A DNA stretch of 64,000 nt from a virus (IMGVR_UViG_3300049988_000124:1-64000); one strand, 5' to 3'. Positions 37,796 through 47,878 are shown, numbered from the stretch's first letter. Made by a program: numbers and translations. Notes: generated from the letters alone by a model not told the origin.

Positions 37796-38377
37796 ATGAG
37801 AATGCTCGCACTAGCTGGTGGTAGAATTGACATCCACGATCATCCTTATCTAGGCTGGGAGCCTGATTACCTCTTTGCCCTACTCCAGGAGCACATGCCC
37901 TGGGAACAGCGTTCCGTGGTGATCTACGGCAAGGAGATCCCACAACCACGCCTGGTGGCATGGTTTGGTGACTATGGGTATATGTACTCAGGTCTCATGC
38001 TCCCGCCTCGTCCTTTCCCGTTCATTCTGGAGCAGGTAAGAGATGCAGTATCGCGGTTGACGGGCACTTCGTTTAACGGAGTGCTTCTTAACTACTACCG
38101 TGATGGTCGTGATTCGATTGGGATGCACGCTGATGATGAACCTGAGTTCGGGTTCAATCCGACGATTGCTTCTCTATCGTTGGGTGCAGAGCGGCGCATG
38201 GACTTTCAGCGCAAGGATAAGTCATCCGCTGTTATTAACATCCCGCTCACCCACGGTAGCGTCTTAGTCATGTCCGGTGAGACACAGACCTACTGGAAGC
38301 ACGGTATCACCAAGACCAGTCTACCAGTGGGTCCCAGGATTAATCTGACTTTCCGCAACATCGTCAATCCACGGTAA
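37796..38377 (+). CDS. alkB: AlkB-family 2OG-Fe(II) dioxygenase
   Basis: LLNYYRDGRDSIGMHADDE, WKHGI, RINLTFR. Confidence 0.92.
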   Translation: MRMLALAGGRIDIHDHPYLGWEPDYLFALLQEHMPWEQRSVVIYGKEIPQPRLVAWFGDYGYMYSGLMLPPRPFPFILEQVRDAVSRLTGTSFNGVLLNYYRDGRDSIGMHADDEPEFGFNPTIASLSLGAERRMDFQRKDKSSAVINIPLTHGSVLVMSGETQTYWKHGITKTSLPVGPRINLTFRNIVNPR

Positions 38378-38391
38378 AGAAAGGATCTATC

Positions 38392-38628
38392 ATGAGTAAG
38401 CGCGAGGAAGGATCATTTTCAGAGAACCAGCTAAGACTCATTGCTCCCTGGCATGGTTACGAGGTGGAACTGGGTGACTTCGTCCGCCTGAACTCTGGCT
38501 CTCCTCTTGGGCTGGTAACAGATTTGGAGAACGGAGAAGCCAAGGTAACTTGGTTCACCACTCCTATTCAGCACGACGAGATAAACAGTCGTTGTCTCCG
38601 ACCAACGAGAACTCAAAGAGATGGATAG
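38392..38628 (+). CDS. YodC/DUF2158-like small protein
   Basis: GDFVRLNSGSP...V.WF pattern. Confidence 0.6.
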   Translation: MSKREEGSFSENQLRLIAPWHGYEVELGDFVRLNSGSPLGLVTDLENGEAKVTWFTTPIQHDEINSRCLRPTRTQRDG

Positions 38629-38848
38629 AACTGTTACCACCAAGACGACCACTACTGAGCAGGTGGTGTTCGAAGAGGAAGAAATCTTAGCCATTCTCAA
38701 AGAGCAGATGATTGCCAAATATCCTCAGATGGTTGATGCTGAGGGTAATTTCATGACCAAACCAGTACGAGCGGGTTTTGGTAACATGACCCGTGACGCC
38801 AGGTACGTTGTGTTTAACTTACTCACTAATAGTCAAACGACTAACTAA
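38621..38848 (+). CDS. Hypothetical protein
   Basis: 75-aa ORF overlapping the previous stop codon. Confidence 0.55.
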   Translation: MDRTVTTKTTTTEQVVFEEEEILAILKEQMIAKYPQMVDAEGNFMTKPVRAGFGNMTRDARYVVFNLLTNSQTTN

Positions 38849-38912
38849 CGAGGTGGGAATTCCCACCTCGTTACCACTACCCTATGAGTAGATCTCTTAC
38901 GGATTAAGTATC

Positions 38913-39539
38913 ATGGAGTTAGTGTTACCATACCGCATCTTCGCGGTCGACCCGGCAACGGGTAAGTCCGGGTGGGCGGTGTTGGACATTGTCTCTCTCC
39001 ATCCACTCGAAATCAACATTGTCAAGACTGGTCAGCTAGACGGTGACAAACTCTTTCGTCTCAGGAAAGAGATGGCCCTAATCTTTGGTCGGCAGTTCAG
39101 TGTTCTGGATGCTCTCTTCTCAGCGTATTGTGAACTCATCACCGAGCACAATCCTAACTGCGTGGTGTCGGAGGGTGCATTTGGTTACAACCACATGTCA
39201 GCCTACATCGCCATCAGTATGGCTATCTACGAACTACGCCGTGCAGCTCACGTGACGATTAACCAGGACGTTATTCAGATCCCGCCGACCATTAGCAAGA
39301 AGTCAGCGACTGGTTCTGGTGGCGCTGATAAGGATCTCATGCGGTTGGCTTACCAGACGTCTGAGTTCTTGAAGGGTATTGTTGCAGATGATCTGATCAG
39401 CGAGCACGAGATCGATGCCATCTGGCACGGTGTCGGCTTCATCATGCGTGATGTTCTAAAGCGCATCGTTCAGATATCCGCCAAGGAAGCCAAAGCTGCC
39501 AAGCGACTCAAACAAAAAGAAAAAGAAAGCAAGGGATAG
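38913..39539 (+). CDS. ruvC: RuvC-like Holliday junction resolvase
   Basis: IFAVDPATGKSGWAV, VVSEG, HEIDAI. Confidence 0.8.
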   Translation: MELVLPYRIFAVDPATGKSGWAVLDIVSLHPLEINIVKTGQLDGDKLFRLRKEMALIFGRQFSVLDALFSAYCELITEHNPNCVVSEGAFGYNHMSAYIAISMAIYELRRAAHVTINQDVIQIPPTISKKSATGSGGADKDLMRLAYQTSEFLKGIVADDLISEHEIDAIWHGVGFIMRDVLKRIVQISAKEAKAAKRLKQKEKESKG

Positions 39540-39564
39540 AGGGAGGGCTGATGCCCTCCCTCTA
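39537..39564. terminator. Conserved hairpin between convergent genes
   Basis: tagagggagggc-tgat-gccctccctcta. Confidence 0.7.
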
Positions 39565-39569
39565 CTCAC

Positions 39570-40127
39570 CTAGACCCGCTGATAAATCAAGTCGTAAATC
39601 GATCGTAGTTTGACCGATTGACCATGACGTGCCACCCAGGCTCTACCTGATCTGAACACAGGAGGATGGAACCGAGCACTGAGCGTGAATTTATCTGCAG
39701 TCGGTTTGTCTCGCATCATGCTACCTGTACACAGGACTGGTATTCCCATTGAGTTCAGATAGATGTTGCCGACCTTCATCTCAAAACCACGGTCACTCTT
39801 TGGAAGGAACCGAGAGGGATCATCTCGCATGGTTTGAGGAATAACTGTGTAGTCTGGGTAATTACGCTTCTGTGTATCATTGGCTTCTTTGCCCAACGAG
39901 CCGACGGAGCGATTACCCTTACTCAAGTTACTTCCATTGGGATGAAAGCGTTCGTTTTGGTCTGAGTAGAAACGAAACCCTAGAGCATATTCTAGACTAT
40001 CTTCAGGTATCAGTCCAATGATCTTCTGAACGTAACTGGGAACACCAACGAAGTCGTCGTTGCCATCGATGAGATGTTGCTCAGTTACGTAGATCTTTCC
40101 AACTTCCAACTCGACGTCGTGTGGCAT
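39570..40127 (-). CDS. Hypothetical protein
   Basis: 185-aa ORF with internal E.EVGKIY / EMKVGNIY repeat; SD GGGAG. Confidence 0.55.
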   Translation of the reverse strand: MPHDVELEVGKIYVTEQHLIDGNDDFVGVPSYVQKIIGLIPEDSLEYALGFRFYSDQNERFHPNGSNLSKGNRSVGSLGKEANDTQKRNYPDYTVIPQTMRDDPSRFLPKSDRGFEMKVGNIYLNSMGIPVLCTGSMMRDKPTADKFTLSARFHPPVFRSGRAWVARHGQSVKLRSIYDLIYQRV

Positions 40128-40145
40128 GCGTATCTCCCTCTACTT

Positions 40146-40508
40146 CTACGCCACCGTCTCGTAGGTTGTTTGCTCGTCGGTCTCCCTGTTACGGACCACG
40201 AGTTTCCCTACGGTGTCAGAGCGAACCAGCTCAATCACATCATAGCCCAGCAGGTTTGCAACGTTGGTTGCCATGTTGGGTGTGATCTTGCCCTTATTGG
40301 TGATGAACTTTCGATCAGCGTCTGCTCGCTGCTCATACCCTTCTTGACCACGCTCATCGAAGAAGGCTTCATGATATTTCTTCGTGTAACCCTCATTGGT
40401 GATTTTCTCACCAACCAAGAAAGCCCTGACTGTCTTAGTGAAGGGATATTGACCTTCCTCGATATCCGCTTGAGTGAACATCGGATCACCGTCACCAATC
40501 GTACTCAT
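40146..40508 (-). CDS. Hypothetical protein (early)
   Basis: 120-aa ORF with SD AGGAG and a TATATTAC box upstream. Confidence 0.6.
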   Translation of the reverse strand: MSTIGDGDPMFTQADIEEGQYPFTKTVRAFLVGEKITNEGYTKKYHEAFFDERGQEGYEQRADADRKFITNKGKITPNMATNVANLLGYDVIELVRSDTVGKLVVRNRETDEQTTYETVA

Positions 40509-40571
40509 GGTACATCTCCTGCTAGTGGATGAGAAACAAGAAACAAGTCCGGCTCCTTGATCCTCACATAG

Positions 40572-40579
40572 GTAATATA
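40572..40579 (-). promoter_or_regulatory. Early promoter box TATATTAC
   Basis: Exact motif upstream of the 40508 start. Confidence 0.65.
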
Positions 40580-40799
40580 TCGATTAGGGATAAATGAGTA
40601 TCGGCAGAGGAACCCGAAGGTTCCCCCACCAATCGGTATTGTGATACAATTTGAAGCACAGTAGAAAAGCAAAAGAGAATCGATACTGAAGCCTATCTAA
40701 AGATATCTTAGCACATTAGGCTCAAGAGGTTGAATATCTAGATGGGTGCCGATCGATTCAAGAAGCGTTTCTTTTTCAAGGTTTTTGTGTAAACGGGTA

Positions 40800-41117
40800 T
40801 TACTGGTAGAAAATAGACTCAGGCGGATTCTTGGCGCGGCCTTGAAGATGACCGAGAGCTTCGTGCTGGGTGTGGAGTTCACGAGGAATGACGACCTCGG
40901 TACCACATGGCTTGAATACCCGAACTGTGAAAGCGTGGGCATTCTCGGAGAAGAACGGAACCTGATCTCTCGCAACCATCATTGCAGCACAAGCGCTGTG
41001 CTGCACCGAACGCTCTGCCACAACTGCCACCCCGTAGATGCCCTCAGGGCTGCGGTGATTGCTGTGGGCTCTTCCCTCCACCTTCACGAAGAAAAGACTG
41101 CTAACTTCGGTACTCAT
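40800..41117 (-). CDS. Hypothetical protein
   Basis: 105-aa ORF; the most plausible of three overlapping ORFs. Confidence 0.45.
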   Translation of the reverse strand: MSTEVSSLFFVKVEGRAHSNHRSPEGIYGVAVVAERSVQHSACAAMMVARDQVPFFSENAHAFTVRVFKPCGTEVVIPRELHTQHEALGHLQGRAKNPPESIFYQ

Positions 41118-41272
41118 TGTGTTTCACTCATTAACTCTCTACTGCGGAGACACATCTCCATGATATATTGTACGCAAATAGCGCAGAAACTACCAGAAAT
41201 AAAAACAAACAAAAAAGAAAGAAGGATAATAGACCGGGGTGTTACCCCCGGTCTACTACCGTTTAGCTGATC

Positions 41273-41809
41273 TTAGAGACCGAGCTTGGACTTGATCCGG
41301 TCGCCCATGGCACCCGGCAGGTCCTTCTGGATGCGACCGGTCGCATTGACCGAGACGCGGATACGACCGTGGGTCGTCTTGGTCTGACGCTCGCCGTTGC
41401 CGTCGGCATCGCCCCGGAAGGGAATGTTGTTCACCGTCTCCGCCGAGACCGTGACTTCCGTCTTGCCGCCCGGAGTGGGCAGGCGCACCGTGGTGCTGAG
41501 ACCACGACGGGTCTCATCGTTGCTGAGCTCGTCCTTGCTCAGACCACCGATCTTGTCGTGGAGATCCTCCTCCGCGATCAGTGCCGCCGCCGTCGTCGCG
41601 TTGTCGATCGCGTTGGTGACCCGCTTGAAGTCCTCGCCGCTGACGCCGACGCTCAGCATCGCTGCGCTGAAGCCAGCCTTGTTGACCTCGCGAACGCCGT
41701 TCGGCTTGACCTGCGAGTGCTCCAGGAAGGCCGACTTGATGTTCTCGACGGGATCGCCCGAGACGGCGGGATCGGCCTGGGCCTGGGTGGCGGTATCGAT
41801 ATCTGCCAT
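41273..41809 (-). CDS. Hypothetical protein with high-expression codon bias
   Basis: 178 aa, SD AGGAG, GC3-rich like chmA and the capsid gene, followed by a hairpin with U tract. Confidence 0.7.
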   Translation of the reverse strand: MADIDTATQAQADPAVSGDPVENIKSAFLEHSQVKPNGVREVNKAGFSAAMLSVGVSGEDFKRVTNAIDNATTAAALIAEEDLHDKIGGLSKDELSNDETRRGLSTTVRLPTPGGKTEVTVSAETVNNIPFRGDADGNGERQTKTTHGRIRVSVNATGRIQKDLPGAMGDRIKSKLGL

Positions 41810-41828
41810 GGTATTCTCCTGTATACGG

Positions 41829-42020
41829 TTAACGATTTAGAAAGTCAGTCAAAGGAACAAGGGTTGGCTTGTTCTGTTGGACCCAATCCTCAGCGTCCTC
41901 AACGTTGTCGGGCACTTCGACAATGCTGCTCTCACCAGCATCGATGAGGGTACCAGTTCCCTGATGGTAAACCATTATGGCCATGATGACTCCGTTGAGC
42001 AAACTATAAGTGATGGGCAA
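41829..42020 (-). CDS. Small hypothetical protein
   Basis: The start is probably the internal MAIMVYH (SD GGAG). Confidence 0.5.
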   Translation of the reverse strand: MPITYSLLNGVIMAIMVYHQGTGTLIDAGESSIVEVPDNVEDAEDWVQQNKPTLVPLTDFLNR

Positions 42021-42029
42021 GGTTGAAAT

Positions 42030-42440
42030 TTAATGCTTGTTACGGCACGCGATCGTGTCGAATTGCATCGGCGGAATGACGCCGAGGGCAACGTGCGCGG
42101 CCAGGATAACGTTTGCCAGGCTCATCGGTACGTCCGTTGCGACTGGACCCTCGTTATCATCCAGGAGGTCCGACTGATAGTCGTAATAGGCCAGATCATC
42201 CTGACGGATGGTGGCCGTGACCTTCTGGTCGTCGTTCGAGAACTCGATCTTGGACACGCGCTTGTCGTCGTCGAGCGTGTACTCGACCTTGAGCGGCATG
42301 CCGTTACCAGCGCTGCGTACTTCAGCGGTGGTATCCGAAGGGGTACTACTCGACAACTTTGTCGACAGGATTTCCTGTGAAACAGGACTTCCTGTTGCTA
42401 CGTCGTTCTCAGTTTCTGCCATAATGAATTTACCTTTCAT
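42030..42440 (-). CDS. Acidic hypothetical protein (early)
   Basis: 136-aa ORF; TATATTAC box upstream. Confidence 0.55.
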   Translation of the reverse strand: MKGKFIMAETENDVATGSPVSQEILSTKLSSSTPSDTTAEVRSAGNGMPLKVEYTLDDDKRVSKIEFSNDDQKVTATIRQDDLAYYDYQSDLLDDNEGPVATDVPMSLANVILAAHVALGVIPPMQFDTIACRNKH

Positions 42441-42498
42441 TCAAGCGCTTGAGTGAAGATAAGAAACCATATGGTACCTGGTCTCTAACTTCACTTTG

Positions 42499-42506
42499 GT
42501 AATATA
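42499..42506 (-). promoter_or_regulatory. Early promoter box TATATTAC
   Basis: Exact motif. Confidence 0.6.
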
Positions 42507-42511
42507 GCTGC

Positions 42512-43210
42512 TCAGTTCTCTTGAGATTTCTGGGTGAACTTCTCCCATGCTTTCTGCCAAGGCCACCGGTCATCGACAATGGTTACGGTGACATGTAAAT
42601 CTCCTCTCTCACCTGTCGTGGTTTTCAGACCAACATTGTCAAACACGACTTCGTCACCCGACTGGATATTGAACCTCTCATTATCGAAGCTAATGTTTAA
42701 ACCAAGAAACATCGGATACTCATCAAGATGAAAAGACATCTTTTTCTTCTTGAGTTTAGACAGGGGAACATCAAGCGAGCACTTGAGATTTTTACCCTCA
42801 ACAGTGAAATGCTCATCAGGCAAGAACACAACGCTGAGCTTTAGAATCTTGTCGGGGAGTTCGTACTGGAGCATGTCTCCAGGAAGCTTTCCTGGATCAA
42901 TCTTCAGCAGGTGACCTTCATGGTTAATGATAGTACCGTGAAAATTTGACCAGAGTGTTGTCTGAACAGTTCCTAACCACACTGTTTTACCGTTCTGCTG
43001 AACAGTGGTTTGCGTAAGTACAGTGTCCATCGGTTTGCGCTGAAGGATAGCGTCGTAGGCTTCGGTGACTCGTGTGAAAATCTCAGTTGCTTCGGGATTG
43101 TTCTGATTGTGATCCGGGTGGAGTTCTTTGGCTAGCTTGCGGTAAGCTTTCTTGACTTCATCGTCGGATGCCTCAGGTGAGACACCCAAAATAGCGTAGC
43201 GATTATTCAT
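42512..43210 (-). CDS. dnaJ: J-domain (DnaJ/CbpA-like) co-chaperone
   Basis: YAILGVS...VKKAYRKLAKELHPD...F..VTEAYD; C-terminal RGDLHVTV; no Zn finger. Confidence 0.85.
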   Translation of the reverse strand: MNNRYAILGVSPEASDDEVKKAYRKLAKELHPDHNQNNPEATEIFTRVTEAYDAILQRKPMDTVLTQTTVQQNGKTVWLGTVQTTLWSNFHGTIINHEGHLLKIDPGKLPGDMLQYELPDKILKLSVVFLPDEHFTVEGKNLKCSLDVPLSKLKKKKMSFHLDEYPMFLGLNISFDNERFNIQSGDEVVFDNVGLKTTTGERGDLHVTVTIVDDRWPWQKAWEKFTQKSQEN

Positions 43211-43234
43211 GAGTGTTCTCCCAATTCCAATACG

Positions 43235-43242
43235 GTAATATA
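43235..43242 (-). promoter_or_regulatory. Early promoter box TATATTAC
   Basis: Exact motif upstream of the J-domain gene. Confidence 0.65.
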
Positions 43243-43356
43243 CCTTTGTATCTTTATTGATTTCTCAAAGGGTAAACCAGCGAAGTTAATTACCACCCCT
43301 CTTGCTGGGATGCTATTGATCCAAACGAATAAACGTTTTTATACAAGGAGACTGGC

Positions 43357-45894
43357 ATGCGCGTAGCCAGCATGATCTTGAGGGACTTTGTTCCCTTCAA
43401 GGACGCAGGTATCAGAGAGTTACAGGTTACCTTCAGCGAGAAGGTACAGATTGTTATCGGCACGAATGGTAGTGGTAAGAGCCAGTCCTTGAAGCAGCTC
43501 TCCCCCATTCCCCCAGTTCGCTCCGTCTTCGGTAAGCAAGGCTTTAAGAACACCGTCTACGAGAAAGGCGGGATCTACTACCGCCTGGAGTCCGAGTTCG
43601 AGAAGCCATCTTCTCCCCATCTCTTTTTTGAAGGAGACAGTGAGGAGAATCTCAATCAAGGTCGTACCACCGAGACCCAGCGCGAGCTCATCGCCGAGCA
43701 TCTAGGGATTACACCGCTCATCAACGACTTGATGATGAACAACTTCGTCTTTCCCAAGATGACCGCATCGAAGCGCAAAGAGATCTTGATGCAGATGAAC
43801 CCGGATGATATCGGGTTCGTGCTACCGCTTCACCGCCAGACTGCCTCCAAGGTAAAAGCGTGCCGGGCTAACTTGGCTAGGCTGACGGAGCGCAAGATCA
43901 TGCTCGAGCAGCAGTTGATCGATGATGAGAGCATGGAGGCGCTCCTTACCGAGAAAGATCAGATCGGTCAAGAACTCTCCGGGTTCCAGCAGATCCTCAT
44001 GAACCTGGAAGTAGGGACGCGCACCCTGGGTCCAGTGGGTGAGGTTACCCTGGCTCATCTCCCGGAGATCAAGCAGACGGTACGGCGTTGTCGTAACACC
44101 TTGATGACCCTCTCTCACGTTACCCGTGATGATCACAAGCGACAGATCAAGCGAGAGAACATCTTGTCCGCGATCGCTGTTTGTACGCAGCAGATCACCG
44201 AGAAGGATGAGGAGATCGGTCGTCTCTCAGCGGATCTTCAGGAGAAGGAAACTCGCTACCGAGAGATTGCCGTCGATGGTGATCTAAAGATCGCTGATCT
44301 GACGATTGACCGACTAGAGGCTGAAGTAGAGCGCCTGCAAGTCTCGCGTCCTCCTTTTGAATTGTCGCAGCAAGACTTGGATCAGCGCTACGAGGATCTG
44401 GACCGTATTCGTGAGCAGTTACTCATGTTCGCCAATCTCACGGTTCCCCTTCTTCCAGCCAAGCGTCGTCAACACCGTGAGCGGTTACTGCAGAACTTGC
44501 AGTACCGCCAATCTAGTCTCGGAATGAGGCAGTCAGAGCTCGAGACGCAATATGAGGATCTATCGCGTCGTCACAAACTCAGCCCCAGTGATATCCCCGA
44601 TGCTCCTTGTGCCAAGAATGCCTGCCCGCTCTACTCGCACTTCATGTCGCGCTTCGAGACCACAGAGGCCGAGCGGGTACAAGTAGGTCACGCGATTGCG
44701 CGTGGACAGCGGCGCATTGCTCGCGTGAATCAGTTGGTCGGCATGCTCGCTACCTACTTTGAGCAGTCACGCCCTTACACCGATCGTATCCAGTGGCTGG
44801 TGAACCAGGCTCAAGGTAATCCTGTTCTCCACCACGTCCTGCGACAGATTGACATCTTGTCGGTACTGGCTAGTTCACCTAACCGGATCACTCGTCTTCT
44901 CCAAGAAGCCTATGATCACATCGGTCAGTGGTTGAAGCTAAAAACGGTACTCGCCGACCTAGAAACAGCTCATGCGCTTAAAACGCGTCAGATTAGCTCA
45001 GAGGACCACGATACCATTAAACTGGTGTCTGCCATTGAGTCTACCAAAATGTCGCTGTACGAGCTTCGTGAGGGCATTGAAGAGCTATCTAAGCGCAGGG
45101 TCACGCTTAGCATGGATCTGTCGCACCTCATTACCTTCGATGAGATCAAGAAAACCATGCTGGGGATCCAGCACCAATACGTCACCACCATGCACGAGAT
45201 GGCAAACGGACACGAGAAAGATCGACTGTCTATTCTTCGCAGAGGTGTTGAGTCAGTACGTGATCGTCACTTCCTTCGCATGAGTGAGATTGAGAGTGCG
45301 CTTCGCAATCAGTCCATCGTGCGTGGTCGCTATGAAGAGGAAGTCGTCTCCCAGATCCTGATTATCGAGAAAGAGCTCCGGGACCTAGAGATCATCGTTG
45401 AGGCGCTCACGATCATTCCGAAGGAAAACATGATCGGCTTTATCAACGATATCTTCGTTCAAGCCAATAGCCTCATTGACAAGATCTGGACGGTTCCCCT
45501 AAAGATCGAACCGCTCTCGATGGATGATACCTTGGACTATACGTTCAAAGTAACAGGGGACAATCAGTCAGAGCGTGAACTCAGTGAGTGCTCAGAGGGT
45601 CAGACAGAGATTCTGTCACTGGCTATCAATCTTGCCATCAGGATTGTGCTGCAGCATTTCGACTATCCCTTGATGCTCGATGAGACTGGACGCACCTTTG
45701 ATGAGAAGCATCGCCAGAACCTCATCACGCTCCTGAAGCGACTAATGGATGACAAGGTCATCTCCCAGTTGTTCCTAGTCTCTCACCATGCCGCTATCCA
45801 TGAAGCATTCACCGATAGTGAGACCATGGTGATCCGCGAAGACAACATTGTTCTTCCTCCGGGCGGGTACAATCAACACGCAACGTTTAAGTGA
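43357..45894 (+). CDS. sbcC: SbcC/Rad50-like SMC ATPase
   Basis: Walker A GTNGSGKS, coiled coils with central CAKNAC hook-like motif, signature CSEGQ, Walker B MLDE, SHH. Confidence 0.9.
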   Translation: MRVASMILRDFVPFKDAGIRELQVTFSEKVQIVIGTNGSGKSQSLKQLSPIPPVRSVFGKQGFKNTVYEKGGIYYRLESEFEKPSSPHLFFEGDSEENLNQGRTTETQRELIAEHLGITPLINDLMMNNFVFPKMTASKRKEILMQMNPDDIGFVLPLHRQTASKVKACRANLARLTERKIMLEQQLIDDESMEALLTEKDQIGQELSGFQQILMNLEVGTRTLGPVGEVTLAHLPEIKQTVRRCRNTLMTLSHVTRDDHKRQIKRENILSAIAVCTQQITEKDEEIGRLSADLQEKETRYREIAVDGDLKIADLTIDRLEAEVERLQVSRPPFELSQQDLDQRYEDLDRIREQLLMFANLTVPLLPAKRRQHRERLLQNLQYRQSSLGMRQSELETQYEDLSRRHKLSPSDIPDAPCAKNACPLYSHFMSRFETTEAERVQVGHAIARGQRRIARVNQLVGMLATYFEQSRPYTDRIQWLVNQAQGNPVLHHVLRQIDILSVLASSPNRITRLLQEAYDHIGQWLKLKTVLADLETAHALKTRQISSEDHDTIKLVSAIESTKMSLYELREGIEELSKRRVTLSMDLSHLITFDEIKKTMLGIQHQYVTTMHEMANGHEKDRLSILRRGVESVRDRHFLRMSEIESALRNQSIVRGRYEEEVVSQILIIEKELRDLEIIVEALTIIPKENMIGFINDIFVQANSLIDKIWTVPLKIEPLSMDDTLDYTFKVTGDNQSERELSECSEGQTEILSLAINLAIRIVLQHFDYPLMLDETGRTFDEKHRQNLITLLKRLMDDKVISQLFLVSHHAAIHEAFTDSETMVIREDNIVLPPGGYNQHATFK

Positions 45895-45924
45895 TAGAGA
45901 GGAGGGCATCAGCCCTCCTCTCTA
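45895..45924. terminator. Conserved hairpin between convergent genes
   Basis: tagagaggagggc-atca-gccctcctctcta. Confidence 0.7.
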
Positions 45925-45932
45925 CCTTTAGG

Positions 45933-46805
45933 TTATTCTTGATTCAGGTAAGCGCTGACTGAGTAGCCCACCAGTCTACCCTGCGTTATTCCCATCATGT
46001 CTGCAGAAATACACCCAACCATTAGACTAAGATTGAGTATACCCGTTGCTCGATCCAGAGTTGCCGTAATATCGAACCTGAGGGTAACGAAAGAGCCAGC
46101 AGGTATTCTTGAAGCAATCGCAGATGAGTCCATCTTACGCTCGCGTGTACGATTGTTCATCACGAACGAGATCTGAGAATTGATCTCTTCGTGCGATTTA
46201 TGCTGCAGATTCGAAGGAGTTCTAAACACCAATGGTTCAGATTCTGAAACCTTGGGGAATGTTCCCTCACCAATGTCACCGGGAACATTTACCTGGAACA
46301 CTCCTTTATGACCATCCTGGTCGGTCAGTTCAATCAAGAGTGTATCCAGGGTTACTCCTGGGGCTATAAAATTAGTTCGGTCGAGTTGACGAAACCCATA
46401 TTCGACCGGGGAGCGTGATAGATCAAATAGTGATACATCTACATCTGGCTTATAGAAAGCAACGTCACCATCTAGAAGATAGATAACGTTACTGACATCA
46501 TTCTCTCTTCGAGGAATGATCTTCATCAGATCACGCTGAGGCCCGCTAGTGATGTTGTGAAAGGCTGTAAGTTCGTAGCTAGTTTTACTACGTCCTTCAC
46601 CGGTCTGAAAATCATGGTTGACGATATCTGACTCTAGATTAATGTCAAATTTAAGCTCACCATTTAAGTTGTGTACGGCTGAGACATTTCGTATTGCTAC
46701 CTCAATCGCTTGGTTAAGATCATCTGCTAGCCGATTGTCTCGCATTAGTGCGGGGAAATTACCGTTGAAGAGGTAGGATACATCGACTTTAAGTTTGTTA
46801 GCCAC
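45933..46805 (-). CDS. Hypothetical protein, AT-rich
   Basis: 290-aa ORF with SD GAAGGAG. Confidence 0.65.
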   Translation of the reverse strand: MANKLKVDVSYLFNGNFPALMRDNRLADDLNQAIEVAIRNVSAVHNLNGELKFDINLESDIVNHDFQTGEGRSKTSYELTAFHNITSGPQRDLMKIIPRRENDVSNVIYLLDGDVAFYKPDVDVSLFDLSRSPVEYGFRQLDRTNFIAPGVTLDTLLIELTDQDGHKGVFQVNVPGDIGEGTFPKVSESEPLVFRTPSNLQHKSHEEINSQISFVMNNRTRERKMDSSAIASRIPAGSFVTLRFDITATLDRATGILNLSLMVGCISADMMGITQGRLVGYSVSAYLNQE

Positions 46806-46898
46806 ACTGCTTCTCCTTCAACACCATTGACCAGATACAGACAAAAAAAGAAACACATCCTAAAGGGGGAGCATTACGCTCTCCCTTTAGAGTGGTAG

Positions 46899-47168
46899 TC
46901 ACAGGTGATATTTAGCAATCTCTGTTCCAGCATTGCTGAGTACGTAGACATCAGCACATTCCAGATCGTCGAAAGTCAGCGGTACTCGAGGAGCGTCGAA
47001 CGCAATGCTTTCACCGAGCCGACCGAGAACAACTTTCTCGCGACCCGGAACCACGCTGACGTCCTTACCATGGAGAGTGAGCGCTCCTGGTTCATACTCT
47101 ACTCTATCACAACAGTAGATGGTCTGCTTACCTTCCAGCTTCTCGACCCGTACGATCAACATAGTCAA
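46899..47168 (-). CDS. Hypothetical protein
   Basis: 89-aa ORF with SD AAGGA. Confidence 0.55.
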   Translation of the reverse strand: MTMLIVRVEKLEGKQTIYCCDRVEYEPGALTLHGKDVSVVPGREKVVLGRLGESIAFDAPRVPLTFDDLECADVYVLSNAGTEIAKYHL

Positions 47169-47176
47169 TTCCTTTC

Positions 47177-47878
47177 TTAGAGTTCTTCGAGTAAGTCCTT
47201 GATGAACTGTTCCATGCGACCAAAGAGGAGTTTGCCCTCGATTTGTCCCAGTGGAGTCTTCAGGTTATCGACGAGTTTCACCAGCTTGACGTAATAGTGA
47301 TCAAGAGTGTAAGCAATTTCGTCTGGCTCCCGGTTGAGCGCAGTGGGGTCGGTAGGATGAAAGAGTGGACGACCCATAGCACCGCCTGCTGCGAACACCC
47401 GAGCTATCCCTAGTGCTCCCAGCGACTCCATTCGGTCAGCGTCCTGAAGACACGCAGCCTCGAAACTCTCAACAGCAATACCACCGGTCCAGCTATGAGC
47501 TTCAATGGCGTTGCGGACAATTAAACTCTGGGTAGACTCGTCTCGAAGAAAACCACGATGGTAGAGAAGATCGAGCGCTTTGCCCGCTGACCAGATCGAC
47601 GCCTTAGAACGATTGGGGCTGTCTTTGGGTACGTTGACGAGATCGTGGAGAAGGGCTGCTACTGCAATGGTTTCCACATCACCTTTTGGTGTACCAGCCG
47701 GTGGTCTTTGTCCGTACCACACAGCCTTGCGTACTACTCGCAAGATGTGATCTTTATCGTGAACTACATCACAGTCCATGTTGTCGAGAATGTCAACGGC
47801 TGCTGCTGTCATCGGAGAGATTGCAGCAACTTCCTCGAGTGTCTTGTACATAGCGCGATAGGGGTTGAGGATATTCAT
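47177..47878 (-). CDS. HD-domain phosphohydrolase (YedJ-like)
   Basis: HDKDH, ALLHD, IEAHS, LQDADRMESLGALGIAR. Confidence 0.88.
   Translation of the reverse strand: MNILNPYRAMYKTLEEVAAISPMTAAAVDILDNMDCDVVHDKDHILRVVRKAVWYGQRPPAGTPKGDVETIAVAALLHDLVNVPKDSPNRSKASIWSAGKALDLLYHRGFLRDESTQSLIVRNAIEAHSWTGGIAVESFEAACLQDADRMESLGALGIARVFAAGGAMGRPLFHPTDPTALNREPDEIAYTLDHYYVKLVKLVDNLKTPLGQIEGKLLFGRMEQFIKDLLEEL

Noticed and set aside
40697-41270. Overlapping ORFs 40697-40975 (-) and 40746-41270 (+)
   Set aside because: No SD, atypical composition, and they overlap the more plausible 40800-41117 ORF.
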